This document shows positions 49,553 through 59,631 of a stretch of 64,000 nt of DNA, piece after piece. This DNA comes from Candidatus Kapaibacterium sp. (lineage in GTDB: Bacteria > Bacteroidota > Ignavibacteria > Kapaibacteriales > UBA2268): positions 42,206 through 106,205 of the forward strand of contig JAPLFL010000089.1 in assembly GCA_026390695.1 (NCBI GenBank). Reading direction: 5' to 3'. The stretch's first letter is position 1. Each line of letters starts with the position of its first letter. The notes under the pieces are model-generated. The model worked only from the letters and a program-made list of their open reading frames with translations. It had not been told where the DNA came from and did no database searches. Position numbers and translations under genes: made by a program.

Positions 49553-49741
49553 CAAAAATAACTATTTTTTCTCATTCACCAAGAGATTTACTTAAATACT
49601 ATCAATTAATTTCTAAATTATCACTGCTGATCTGATTTTTGTCTAAATAATCAAAAAATCAATGCTTCAATAATTTATCATATAAAAATAAAAATTGAAA
49701 TTATTAGTAATTTTTTTCTTGCTTATTTAAAGAAAATTCCT

Positions 49742-49751
49742 TAATTTTGTA
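49742..49751 (+). promoter_or_regulatory. TANNTTTG (-7 type) promoter element upstream of tRNA
   Basis: taattttgta just upstream of the tRNA; the same motif occurs before several genes in the window. Confidence 0.6.
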
Positions 49752-49764
49752 ATCTTGTTTGTTT

Positions 49765-49836
49765 GGTCCCATCGACTAACGGATAGGTCACCACCCTTTC
49801 ACGGTGGCAGTACGGGTTCGAATCCCGTTGGGATCA
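49765..49836 (+). tRNA. tRNA-Glu (TTC)
   Basis: Acceptor GGTCCCA/TGGGATC; anticodon arm CCACC-CTTTCAC-GGTGG; T arm ACGGG-TTCGAAT-CCCGT; CCA not encoded. Confidence 0.97.
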
Positions 49837-49839
49837 CTG

Positions 49840-49873
49840 AAAAAAAGCTCTGTTTTTAAGTAGAGCTTTTTTT
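49840..49873 (+). terminator. Intrinsic terminator after tRNA
   Basis: aaaaaaaagctc-loop-gagctttttttt. Confidence 0.8.
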
Positions 49874-50009
49874 ATTTCTTCTTCCGAAGTTGAAACTAAC
49901 TGTTTAAATCCCTGTTCAGTCCTATTCCCTTTTTTTTAACTTGATTTATTAGTAATTTTGTATCCTGTAAAGTTATTTTTTGAAAATCGAATTATAATAG
50001 GAATATTTT

Positions 50010-52277
50010 ATGAAAATCAGAAAAGAAGATGCCCTTGAATACCATAGTAGAGGTAGAAAAGGGAAAATCGAAGTTATTACTACTAAACCATGCGTTACTC
50101 AACGAGACCTGTCCTTAGCTTATTCACCCGGTGTAGCAGAGCCTTGCCGTGAAATTCATAAAGACGTTAGTAAAGTTTATGAATATACTGCTAAAGGAAA
50201 TTTAGTTGCTGTTATTTCAAATGGTACTGCTGTTCTTGGTCTTGGAGATATTGGTCCTGAGGCCGGCAAACCTGTTATGGAAGGAAAAGGAGTCTTGTTC
50301 AAGGTTTTTGCAGATATTGATGTTTTTGATATTGAATTGAATAGTAAAAGTATTGACGAGATAGTCCGCGTTTGTGAAGTTCTGGAGCCAACCTTTGGTG
50401 GAATTAATCTTGAAGATATTAAGGGGCCGGAATGTTTTCATATCGAAGAAGAATTGAAAAGAAGATTAAAAATTCCGGTATTCCATGATGATCAGCATGG
50501 TACTGCTATTATAAGCGGTGCAGCTCTTATGAACGCTGTTGAACTTGTGGGAAAGAAAATGGAAGATATCAAAGTAGTTTATAATGGCGCTGGTGCTTCC
50601 GGAATTGCTTGTGCAAAATTTCACATCAGCTTAGGTGTGAAAAAAGAAAATGTCATTATGTGTGATACAAAAGGAGTTCTTTATAAGGGCAGAACCGAAG
50701 GCATGAATGTTTATAAAGATGAATTTCTTGTCGAAACCGATGCGCGTACATTAGCAGATGCTTTTGTCGGTGCCGACGTTTTCGTTGGACTTTCTATTGG
50801 CAATTGTGTTACTCAGGACATGGTTAAAACTATGGCTGCAGATCCGATTATTTTTGCAATGGCAAATCCTGATCCCGAAATTACTTATAATGACGCCAGA
50901 GAAGCCAGACCTGAGATTATTATGGCTACCGGACGTTCTGATTATCCTAATCAAGTTAATAACGTTCTTGGTTTTCCATTTATTTTCCGCGGCGCTTTAG
51001 ACGTTGCTGCATCGGCTATTAATGAAGAAATGAAGAAAGCTGCTGCGTATGCGCTGGCAAAATTAGCAAAAGAAGAAGTGTTGGATTCTGTAAAACGTGC
51101 TTATGGCGTCAAGGAAATGACATTCGGTAAAGATTATATTATTCCAAAACCTTTTGATCCACGTGTTCTAACCTGGGTTGCTCCTGCAGTCGCTAAGGCT
51201 GCAATTGAAACAGGTGTGGCACGAAAACCAATTGAAGATTGGGATGAATATAAACTCAGCCTGAATATTCGTATGGGGCGTTCGGAAAAAATAATGACCA
51301 ATATTAACGCAAAAGCACGCCGTAATCCTAAACGAGTAGTGTTCCCTGAAGGAGATCAGGTCAATATAATAAAAGCCGCTCAATTAAGCCTTGACGACGG
51401 TTTGGCATCACCTATTTTGCTTGGTAATGTTGATAGAATAAAAAATGTAGCAGCTGAAAATGGATACGATATTGAAGGTATTACAATTATCAATCCTAAA
51501 GATTATGAAAGAATGGAAGATTATATCAATGAATTCCAGCACTTACGTAATCGAAAAGGAATTACTCGCAATGAAGCCGAAAAAACTATGTTTACCCGCA
51601 GAAATTTCTTTGGTGCAATGATGGTACATTTGGGAGATGCAGATTGTATGATTTCCGGCTATACGTCACACTATCCTGAAACTATCTCTCCAGCTCTTCA
51701 AATTATTGGACGTGATAAACAATATGCAAAAGTATCTGGATTATATATTTTAAATACTAAGCAACAAACATATTTTCTTGCTGACACTACAGTTAATATT
51801 GATCCTGATGCAACAACTATTGCTGATATAGCACTTCAAACTGCCGAATTAGCTCGTCATTTCGATGTTGAACCATCTGTGGCTCTACTTTCTTATAGTA
51901 ATTTTGGCTCAACAATCGGAGATTCTCCCTCCAAAATGATTGAAGCATTAAAGATAATTAAGAGCCGCGATCCAAATTTGATTGTTGATGGTGAAATGCA
52001 GGCTGATACTGCCGTGACACCTGAAATTCTTAACGAAACTTATCCTTTTAGTTCATTGAAAAATGGTGCAAATTGCTTGATTTTCCCTGATCTGAATTCT
52101 GGAAATATTGCTTACAAGCTGCTTTCCAAAATTGGTGGAGCACACCTTATTGGTCCGATTTTAATGGGATTGAAGAAATCAGTGCATGTACTCCAGCGCG
52201 GAGCCGAAGTAAATGATATTCTTAATATGGTGGCCATAGCAGTAGTTGACGCACAGAATTTAGAAGCTAAAGAATAA
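50010..52277 (+). CDS. maeB: NADP-dependent malic enzyme fused to a phosphotransacetylase-like domain
   Basis: YSPGVA, NGTAVLGLG, NLEDI, HDDQHGT, GAGASG, TGRSD.PNQVNN; PTA domain DGEMQ.D, GNI.YKL. Confidence 0.97.
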   Translation: MKIRKEDALEYHSRGRKGKIEVITTKPCVTQRDLSLAYSPGVAEPCREIHKDVSKVYEYTAKGNLVAVISNGTAVLGLGDIGPEAGKPVMEGKGVLFKVFADIDVFDIELNSKSIDEIVRVCEVLEPTFGGINLEDIKGPECFHIEEELKRRLKIPVFHDDQHGTAIISGAALMNAVELVGKKMEDIKVVYNGAGASGIACAKFHISLGVKKENVIMCDTKGVLYKGRTEGMNVYKDEFLVETDARTLADAFVGADVFVGLSIGNCVTQDMVKTMAADPIIFAMANPDPEITYNDAREARPEIIMATGRSDYPNQVNNVLGFPFIFRGALDVAASAINEEMKKAAAYALAKLAKEEVLDSVKRAYGVKEMTFGKDYIIPKPFDPRVLTWVAPAVAKAAIETGVARKPIEDWDEYKLSLNIRMGRSEKIMTNINAKARRNPKRVVFPEGDQVNIIKAAQLSLDDGLASPILLGNVDRIKNVAAENGYDIEGITIINPKDYERMEDYINEFQHLRNRKGITRNEAEKTMFTRRNFFGAMMVHLGDADCMISGYTSHYPETISPALQIIGRDKQYAKVSGLYILNTKQQTYFLADTTVNIDPDATTIADIALQTAELARHFDVEPSVALLSYSNFGSTIGDSPSKMIEALKIIKSRDPNLIVDGEMQADTAVTPEILNETYPFSSLKNGANCLIFPDLNSGNIAYKLLSKIGGAHLIGPILMGLKKSVHVLQRGAEVNDILNMVAIAVVDAQNLEAKE

Positions 52278-52332
52278 ATTTAAAAGGTATTGCTCCTAAG
52301 AGGAATCTTGCGGAGCAGCATCAATTCTTAAC

Positions 52333-52365
52333 GAATCCCTCTTTTATCCTTAGAAGAGGGATTTT
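52333..52365. terminator. Hairpin between convergent genes, probable terminator
   Basis: aatccctctt-loop-aagagggatt followed by T run. Confidence 0.6.
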
Positions 52366-53267
52366 TAATGCCCCTCCATTTTCCCTTTTTCGGAGTCATT
52401 ATAAATTGTACTGTTTGTCGGATCTAAGTAACGGAGCTGCTTGAATACGTCGGGGTTGGGATATTTATTGAAAAGTGTGGCGAGTTCTTGTGCCTTAGTA
52501 TCAAAAAATATTTGTAAGAAATAGCTTGGGCCGGTCATTTTAGCACTTTTATAGTCAGCTAAATCAAGTAAAAAAGCATAAAGATTTTCTAAGCCTTGAG
52601 CCTTATCTTTTGATAAAATCTGAAGACCATCGTTATAATATGAATAAATTAATTTCCGCATCGGTTCAAAGTGCATATCGGTTAAATCGGTAATCAAACT
52701 GAATTTTGTTGTTGCACCGGGTAACGAATTTACTTCAAATCCTACTGCTGAAGCTGAATTTGCTACTTGAAAAATTTGACGTGCCAGACCAAACATCTGC
52801 GTTCCTTCAAGATCGCCGTAAGTATCCATGTCCAGCCCGATAATTATTGCCAAGTAAAAATCAATTAATGTTGTAACTTCATTATAACGCATTAAATTAA
52901 ATACAAGATTTGCATTACGGGAATATGCAAATGTCCAATTATTCTCAATAATCCGAAAAGCCGCAGAAGCTCCAGCATCCTGTCCCTTTAGGGTTCGCTT
53001 GGAAACAATAAACATCTTTGCATAATATCTGTCCGGGCCGCCGGATAAATAAATAGAAACATCAACCGGAATTTTTGGCCCGTCCCAGTCATTATTTGTA
53101 TATTTCTGGCTATTAATATATGTTTTTAAATCTGAGGCAAGAGTTTCTGCATTCTTCCGTGATTCCACCTGAACCTGATCCATCGAAACCTGCACTGTAG
53201 CGTCAATTTCCTGGGATTTTAATTTCAAACAAGTTAAAATAATTATTAAGAAAATATAATATCTCAT
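52365..53267 (-). CDS. DUF4835 / PorD-like T9SS-associated protein
   Basis: QE..A.V.V start; IDFY...IIG.D.DT; Y.YY..GL; FFD.K..E; DP.N pattern. Confidence 0.75.
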   Translation of the reverse strand: MRYYIFLIIILTCLKLKSQEIDATVQVSMDQVQVESRKNAETLASDLKTYINSQKYTNNDWDGPKIPVDVSIYLSGGPDRYYAKMFIVSKRTLKGQDAGASAAFRIIENNWTFAYSRNANLVFNLMRYNEVTTLIDFYLAIIIGLDMDTYGDLEGTQMFGLARQIFQVANSASAVGFEVNSLPGATTKFSLITDLTDMHFEPMRKLIYSYYNDGLQILSKDKAQGLENLYAFLLDLADYKSAKMTGPSYFLQIFFDTKAQELATLFNKYPNPDVFKQLRYLDPTNSTIYNDSEKGKMEGH

Positions 53268-53361
53268 AATCCACCATTAATAAAAAAAAAGTATGAAGAA
53301 TAAACGAAATATATATTTTAAATTTGAATAAAATCACTATTTTTGTTTAGGAGCTAAAATT

Positions 53362-54159
53362 GTGAAAATCGAACTTTTAACTTTACTTTTTATTTGCTTT
53401 TTTAATTGTTCCGCTTCTGATTATTTTTATTTTAATAATATTCAAAATTCAGTTGGTTTGACTTCGCTCGAATCGCATTATTATAGTCAGAATCCTGCTC
53501 AATTGGTAAATGCAAATAATTCTGTTTCTTTCTGGGCAAAACCTATTGCAAGCGGTTTGCCAGAGCTTAATATTATTAATCTTGGCACTAAATTAAAAAT
53601 CGATAGCAATTTTACAGTTGCACTGGATTTAAACGGCATCGTAAATAATTTGTATTCTGAATTTTCCCCAAATCTATCTTTAAGCTATAAATATATTGAT
53701 AAACTATCTGCTGGAGCCAATTTAACTTATAATCTCATGGGAGTTAAAAATTTCAAGAGCTGTTCCTTCTTCAGTTTTGATATAGGTGCGATAATTTTTT
53801 TAAATGATTATTTATCAACAGGTTTTGTGCTCAGAAATATTAATCGAGGTTCATATTTGGGAGGCAATTCACTGGTAAACCAGACTGTTATTTGCGGCTT
53901 CGGAATAAAAGCAAATGATGATTTTCTAATTGATATTGACTGGCACATCAAAATCAGCCAGTATAGCGGATTAAGCCTTGCCGGTAAATATAAACTCTAC
54001 AAAGCTTTTTATATTAGATTAGCTTACCTAACCAATCCTAATTCTTTTGAAACGGGCATCTCTATTGGTTTTACCAAGGATTTTAATCTTAATTATAATT
54101 TTTGTTACGATATGAATTTAGGTTCAATAAATAATGTCTGCATTACGTTTCAATGGTAA
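53362..54159 (+). CDS. PorV/PorQ-like outer-membrane protein
   Basis: Signal peptide; NPA motif; beta strands; terminal W. Confidence 0.55.
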   Translation: MKIELLTLLFICFFNCSASDYFYFNNIQNSVGLTSLESHYYSQNPAQLVNANNSVSFWAKPIASGLPELNIINLGTKLKIDSNFTVALDLNGIVNNLYSEFSPNLSLSYKYIDKLSAGANLTYNLMGVKNFKSCSFFSFDIGAIIFLNDYLSTGFVLRNINRGSYLGGNSLVNQTVICGFGIKANDDFLIDIDWHIKISQYSGLSLAGKYKLYKAFYIRLAYLTNPNSFETGISIGFTKDFNLNYNFCYDMNLGSINNVCITFQW

Positions 54160-54160
54160 A

Positions 54161-56056
54161 ATGAAATTTATTATTATTATTATTATTATCAATTTTCAAG
54201 TGACTCTATCACAAAGCACAGCTATTGAAGAAGATTTGAATGAAAAATATTTTTATGAGTCGAATCTTAGCAATTATGAAAATCCTGAAGAATATTACAA
54301 ATTTAACCCTGTATTTTTTAAAAAAGCAACCTTTCTTGAGCTTTCAAGACTTCCTGGAATGTCATTTGAAAGTGCCAAAAAGATTTTCTATTATAAAACA
54401 AATAATCCAACTTGTTCATTAATTGAATTAACTGGTAAACTTAATTTAAATGCCAAAGAAACTGAGAGTTTAAACAATTATACAGACCTTGCAAAAATCG
54501 ATAATTTATTTGTAAGATATAGAGCAAGAAATTATATAAATATTGATGAAATACAGACTGACAGCACTAATCAGATACAGAATTATTATTTATATCAGCA
54601 AATTTATTTTAAATATCAAGGAATTTCTTTTGCACTAATAAACAAAAAAAATATTGGAGAAAGTTCATTTTTAAATAATATAAATTCATTTTTTGAATAT
54701 AAATATAATGATCAATTTAAAATATTAATCGGTGATTACCATTTAAATGAAGGATTAGGCGCGATTCTACATAATTCTGTCATCACAAGAAAAAGTTCCG
54801 ATGTTATTAATTCAGCATTAAATTTTGATGATAAAATATCCGGTTTAACCACAAATCAAGCTGTCAGATACTTCAGAGGCATTTGCTTCAATTCAAAATT
54901 TCATTTATCAGATTTACTAAAACTAAGTACCAGTCTATTCTATTCACAAAAAAAGCTTTCTGCGATAATTGATAGCAATTCTATAGTATCAAGTATTTAT
55001 TTATATCCTGTTTTCAAGGATTCGCTAATGATTTCAAGAAAGAATAATCTTATGGAACAGGCAATCGGAGCCGTGATTAGTGGAAATTATAGTTATTTTT
55101 CTCTCGGATTTTCAGGATATTATCTTAATTATGATAAAATTATTCATGTTGATAATTTTAACAGTTTACAAGGACAGTCAAGTTTTTTCAGTTCCATCTT
55201 CGCAAAAACCGAGTTTGCAAATACAAGTTTTGAAACTGAATTAGCTCGTGATTATAAAAATAATTACGCTCTTATTGCCGCAATAGTTCAGCATTTTAAC
55301 AATTTTTATATTGCTTTGAATTATCGAAATCTACAAGATCAGTTCTGTTCACCTTATGGAGCACGATTTGGTGAAAACTCCGTCACAGGCTCGGAAAGAG
55401 GCTTTTATAGCGGTTTTAGGTGGTTTAATAAAAATTTTGATATAAAATTTTATTATGATATATTTTCAACTTACAATTTTTCAAATCCTTTTCCTTCAAA
55501 AGGTAACGATATTTTAGCAGAAATTTCTAATCGTATTGACGACAAAACAAGTCTGGCTGTAAGATTTTATTATCATTTCATTAATAGAATTTATTACAAT
55601 AATCAGATATTTGAAACTAATTCTGATAATGAAACAAAATATCAATGGAGAATAGACCTATCAAGCTGGATCAAAGATAATTTTCAACTTAAATTTAGAT
55701 TTTCCTACAATTTAATTTTAAATAATACTCAGCATCAAGATCAGGGATTTGGCTTCTACTCTGAGTTCCAATATAATATACTTAAAAATCTCAAAGCTAT
55801 TACCCGAATTTCATACTATTCTACAGATTCGTATCAATCTTCAATCTGGCAGACCGAAAGCTGTATTCCAGGTATTTTCGCTTTAAAACCGCTTTATGGT
55901 AATGGTGAGAGATTCCTCGTTCTGCTCAACTACTCCCCTATTCATCAAATTAACCTCTGGTTCAAATTTACGCTTGATTCTAAAAATCAGGTTTATGGTT
56001 ATATCCCAACAAATCCAGACAGGCTCTTAACTTTCCAATTCGAATATGTCTATTAA
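54161..56056 (+). CDS. Helix-hairpin-helix (ComEA-like) domain outer-membrane protein
   Basis: EL..LPG...A..I HhH; GDY...G.G; ERG.Y; LYG.G.R beta-barrel tail. Confidence 0.7.
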   Translation: MKFIIIIIIINFQVTLSQSTAIEEDLNEKYFYESNLSNYENPEEYYKFNPVFFKKATFLELSRLPGMSFESAKKIFYYKTNNPTCSLIELTGKLNLNAKETESLNNYTDLAKIDNLFVRYRARNYINIDEIQTDSTNQIQNYYLYQQIYFKYQGISFALINKKNIGESSFLNNINSFFEYKYNDQFKILIGDYHLNEGLGAILHNSVITRKSSDVINSALNFDDKISGLTTNQAVRYFRGICFNSKFHLSDLLKLSTSLFYSQKKLSAIIDSNSIVSSIYLYPVFKDSLMISRKNNLMEQAIGAVISGNYSYFSLGFSGYYLNYDKIIHVDNFNSLQGQSSFFSSIFAKTEFANTSFETELARDYKNNYALIAAIVQHFNNFYIALNYRNLQDQFCSPYGARFGENSVTGSERGFYSGFRWFNKNFDIKFYYDIFSTYNFSNPFPSKGNDILAEISNRIDDKTSLAVRFYYHFINRIYYNNQIFETNSDNETKYQWRIDLSSWIKDNFQLKFRFSYNLILNNTQHQDQGFGFYSEFQYNILKNLKAITRISYYSTDSYQSSIWQTESCIPGIFALKPLYGNGERFLVLLNYSPIHQINLWFKFTLDSKNQVYGYIPTNPDRLLTFQFEYVY

Positions 56057-56107
56057 ATAGACTTAAATTAACTAAATTTGTAAGTTATGAATAATCAGAA
56101 AATTTAA

Positions 56108-57205
56108 TTGAAAACTATTTTTATATCAGCTGGAGATCCTTCTGGTGACCGCCATGCTTCTAAATTGATGCAGACTTTAGCTAAGAGTTATTTAGGCGAT
56201 CTTCATTTTATTGGCATTGGTGGCCCTGAAATGCAGAAACAAGGTCTGGAAGCAATAGTTGATTTTAATGAGTTAAATGTTGTTGGATTTTGGGAAGTAG
56301 CAAAAAAATATTCCTTCTTTACAAATCTGCTTAAAAAAGCAGAATCTATATTGCAGAACGGACATGTAGATCTTTTTTTGCCGATTGATTATCCCGGTTT
56401 TAATCTAAGATTGTCAGAAAAAACTCGCAAATTATCTATTCCTGTTTTATATTATATAGCTCCACAGCTCTGGGCATGGGGAAGCGGAAGAATTTCCAAG
56501 ATTAGAGATTACGTTAGTGAATTATTAGTAGTTTTTCCATTTGAAGAAAAATTTTTCAGAGATTTGGGTATAAACTGCACTTTTGTCGGACATCCTTTAA
56601 TTGATTCCGATGAATTTAATACGCCTGCTCCTGCACTTGCTGATCGAGATAATATTATTGCATTTTTTCCGGGAAGTCGAAAAATAGAAATCGCTCGTCA
56701 TATAGAATTATGTACTGACATAAAGAATCTACTAAAGCCGAATTTGAAAGATTTCAGATTTATTGTTTCCATACCCTCTCAACAAAAACACTATTATCAG
56801 AATAAAATTAAACATGATTTTGAAATCTCAGAAAATTCTGTTGACTTAATGAAAAAAGCAAAAGCCGGATTAGTAAAAACCGGCACTACAACTCTTGAAT
56901 CGGCGCTTTCAGCCATGCCATTCCTAATGTATTACAAAGCTTCGATTCTTACTTATTATATTGGGAAAACTCTATATAAATTAGATTATCTATCCTTACC
57001 CAATATATTGGAAAATAAGAATGTCGTTCAGGAATTTATTCAAACAGCTGCCAAACCCAATATTATGGCTGCTGAACTAATAAAACTGATAAAGAAACCG
57101 GAATTATCTCAGATCATGGTAAATGATTTTTCTCAGATCCGTAAAAATCTCGGCAAAAGCGGAGCAGCTCTAAATGCAGCTAATGCTATAGTTAAATTTT
57201 TATAA
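56108..57205 (+). CDS. lpxB: Lipid-A-disaccharide synthase
   Basis: AGDPSGD, IDYPGFN, PQLWAW, FPFE, VGHP, PGSR, GT.TLE, SLPN. Confidence 0.95.
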   Translation: MKTIFISAGDPSGDRHASKLMQTLAKSYLGDLHFIGIGGPEMQKQGLEAIVDFNELNVVGFWEVAKKYSFFTNLLKKAESILQNGHVDLFLPIDYPGFNLRLSEKTRKLSIPVLYYIAPQLWAWGSGRISKIRDYVSELLVVFPFEEKFFRDLGINCTFVGHPLIDSDEFNTPAPALADRDNIIAFFPGSRKIEIARHIELCTDIKNLLKPNLKDFRFIVSIPSQQKHYYQNKIKHDFEISENSVDLMKKAKAGLVKTGTTTLESALSAMPFLMYYKASILTYYIGKTLYKLDYLSLPNILENKNVVQEFIQTAAKPNIMAAELIKLIKKPELSQIMVNDFSQIRKNLGKSGAALNAANAIVKFL

Positions 57206-57206
57206 T

Positions 57207-57797
57207 ATGAAATTATCCAAAATAATATTAATTCAGATTTTAAACTTAGTTTCCAAAACTTGGAGGATTCGCATTGATGGCAATTTTCCATCAAAACCTG
57301 CAATTATTGTTTTTTGGCATGGATTAATGCTGCCGGGCTGGAAAATCTTCTCAGATCATCAGCCAATCGCAGTTGTAAGCCTCAGTAAAGATGGTCAGAT
57401 ATTATCAGATTTATTAAAAAAATGGAACTTTTCTCTCATCCGTGGCTCTTCATCAAGAAATGGGAAAGAAGTTTTAAATGAGATTATTGAAAACACCAAT
57501 AATAATTTTATTCTAATGACACCGGACGGGCCTACCGGGCCTTCAACGAAATTTAAAGCAGGTGCAGCAGTTGCGGCAATGCGTAGCCAAGCACCAATTG
57601 TTCTTTGCGGGATTGTAATAAAAAATAAATTTACTTTTCAGAAGTCATGGGATAAATTCGAGCTGCCATTGCCATTTTCCAATGTATTAATACGATTTTC
57701 ATTACCTGAAATAATCCCTGTTTCAAGTTCCAGAGATCTTATTGACGCGAAAATTATCGAATTTGGAAATAAATTATGCAACTTATCAGAGGTATAA
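57207..57797 (+). CDS. DUF374 lysophospholipid acyltransferase-like protein
   Basis: WHG, S.S.DG, RGSS, TPDGP.GP, SWD...P.PF. Confidence 0.88.
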   Translation: MKLSKIILIQILNLVSKTWRIRIDGNFPSKPAIIVFWHGLMLPGWKIFSDHQPIAVVSLSKDGQILSDLLKKWNFSLIRGSSSRNGKEVLNEIIENTNNNFILMTPDGPTGPSTKFKAGAAVAAMRSQAPIVLCGIVIKNKFTFQKSWDKFELPLPFSNVLIRFSLPEIIPVSSSRDLIDAKIIEFGNKLCNLSEV

Positions 57798-57835
57798 GTG
57801 TTCTTTTTATGATAATCTGAAATTCTATAAAAAAT

Positions 57836-58861
57836 ATGATCATCTATAACTTAGTTTCTCAAATATTCAATTCAATTGTTAATTACCGTAATCACGGCTA
57901 CAATTCGGGAAAATATAAAATTTTAGATTGTGGAAAACCATTAATTTCCGTTGGAAACATATCAAGTGGCGGAAGCGGAAAAACTCCATTTGTACTTATG
58001 CTTGCGGACGAATTTATCAAAGCGGGCTATAGACCTGCAATTATCGGACGTGGCTATAAAAAAATTAAAAAGGGAGAAGTCATTGTTTCAGATGGTGTAA
58101 GCACATTTGTTGGCGCAACAGAAGCGGGCGACGAAATGTTTATGTTGGCTTCGCGATTAAAAGTCCCGATTGTGGCAAACGAAGATAAAAAATTAGCTGC
58201 TCTTTCTGCTGTCAAATTATTTAACCCTGATTTGATAATCTTAGACGATGGATTTCAGCATCGTAGTTTAAAACGTGATATAGACATTGTTTTAATTGAC
58301 AGAGAATCTATCGAACGACCGTTTCTATTACCGAAAGGTAGATTACGTGAGCCTTTTGAATCATTATTACGTTCCGATTATATTTGTATCAATGAAAATT
58401 TACAAAATGAAATAAACAATTTTATCGTTTTTGATGATAACAAAAAAGTTGTTTTTAAAAATTCAGATTACAATTATATTTTTATTGAATCTGGAGAATC
58501 TGCTACAGAAGCTCAGTTAGACATAGCACGGAAGTCTTCGCTTATAGTTTCGGGAATTGCTCATTCTGAGATTTTTTTACAATCTCTTAAAAATAATAAT
58601 TTCAATACGAGATTTGAATTAGCTTTTGAAGACCATCACAACTATAGCGAAAAAGATATTAAAAGAATTATTAATATTTGTTTAAAAAATAATTTAAAGT
58701 ATATTATTACAACTGATAAGGATGCTGTTAAATTAATTAACTTTCATAAATCCTTGAAACAAAATGATATTTCATGCATTATTAGTAGATTTGATGTTTT
58801 TATAATTGGAAAAAGAGATTCTTTTATTAATAATTTAATAACAAAGCTAAATCTGAAGTGA
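57836..58861 (+). CDS. lpxK: Tetraacyldisaccharide 4'-kinase
   Basis: SVGN...GGSGKTP, RGY, GDE, LDDGFQH, LP.GRLRE, F.DHH, T.KDAVK. Confidence 0.95.
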   Translation: MIIYNLVSQIFNSIVNYRNHGYNSGKYKILDCGKPLISVGNISSGGSGKTPFVLMLADEFIKAGYRPAIIGRGYKKIKKGEVIVSDGVSTFVGATEAGDEMFMLASRLKVPIVANEDKKLAALSAVKLFNPDLIILDDGFQHRSLKRDIDIVLIDRESIERPFLLPKGRLREPFESLLRSDYICINENLQNEINNFIVFDDNKKVVFKNSDYNYIFIESGESATEAQLDIARKSSLIVSGIAHSEIFLQSLKNNNFNTRFELAFEDHHNYSEKDIKRIINICLKNNLKYIITTDKDAVKLINFHKSLKQNDISCIISRFDVFIIGKRDSFINNLITKLNLK

Positions 58862-59631
58862 AAAAGTTACTCTTTATAATAATTGGTTTATATATAACTT
58901 TATCTGGCTGCCACAGCGCTGAGAAGAAATTAATTATTGCATTCTCAAAAACAGCAGACACGAGTAATTATATAAAGTGGATCAAAAAAGCCGCTCCTGA
59001 AGCTATTTGCGTAAATCTTTATGGAAAATCATTCCAACAGATTGATTCTATTTTGAATTTATCAAACGCTTTAGTACTAACAGGCGGGGAAGATGTCCAT
59101 CCTTATTACTTCGGCAAGGGCTCTGATACTTCTATTTGTGAGATCAATCCATATAGGGATACATTAGAGTTTTATTTAATTAAATCTGCAACAAGGCAAA
59201 ATCTACCGATCATGGCTGTATGCCGTGGTGAACAAATTTTTAATGTCTTTAACGGAGGATCATTGATTATAGATATTCCCCGTGATAAACATTCCAATAC
59301 TGTCCACCAGTGCAAGGATTATAAAAATTGTTACCACAAAATTAAAATAGATGAATCATCCCAATTATATCAAATTTGTGGGAATTCCGTTGGCTCTGTC
59401 AATACAAATCATCATCAAGCTGTAGATCATCTATCAGAGCAGCTAAAACCGGTTGCATGGTCAGAAGATGGCATAATTGAAGCTTATGAGTGGAAATATC
59501 CAAATGGAAAACCATTATTAATTGCTGTACAGTGGCATCCTGAGCGCTTAGAGGAAAATAATCCCTTTGGATCAAATCTGGCAAAGTTTTTGCTCAATAA
59601 TATAATTCAAAAGGATTTGAATAAAAAATGA
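58858..59631 (+). CDS. Peptidase C26 / gamma-glutamyl hydrolase family, predicted lipoprotein
   Basis: LTGGED, RD..E, VCRG.Q, HHQ, QWHPE; N-terminal LSGC lipobox. Confidence 0.88.
   Translation: MKKLLFIIIGLYITLSGCHSAEKKLIIAFSKTADTSNYIKWIKKAAPEAICVNLYGKSFQQIDSILNLSNALVLTGGEDVHPYYFGKGSDTSICEINPYRDTLEFYLIKSATRQNLPIMAVCRGEQIFNVFNGGSLIIDIPRDKHSNTVHQCKDYKNCYHKIKIDESSQLYQICGNSVGSVNTNHHQAVDHLSEQLKPVAWSEDGIIEAYEWKYPNGKPLLIAVQWHPERLEENNPFGSNLAKFLLNNIIQKDLNKK

Noticed and set aside
49765-49880. tRNA-Glu as an island or prophage integration site
   Set aside because: No duplicated tRNA 3' end or integrase seen; flanks are housekeeping genes.
54170-54190. (ATT)n tract as a phase-variation switch
   Set aside because: A trinucleotide tract encoding poly-Ile in a signal peptide; slippage would keep the frame.
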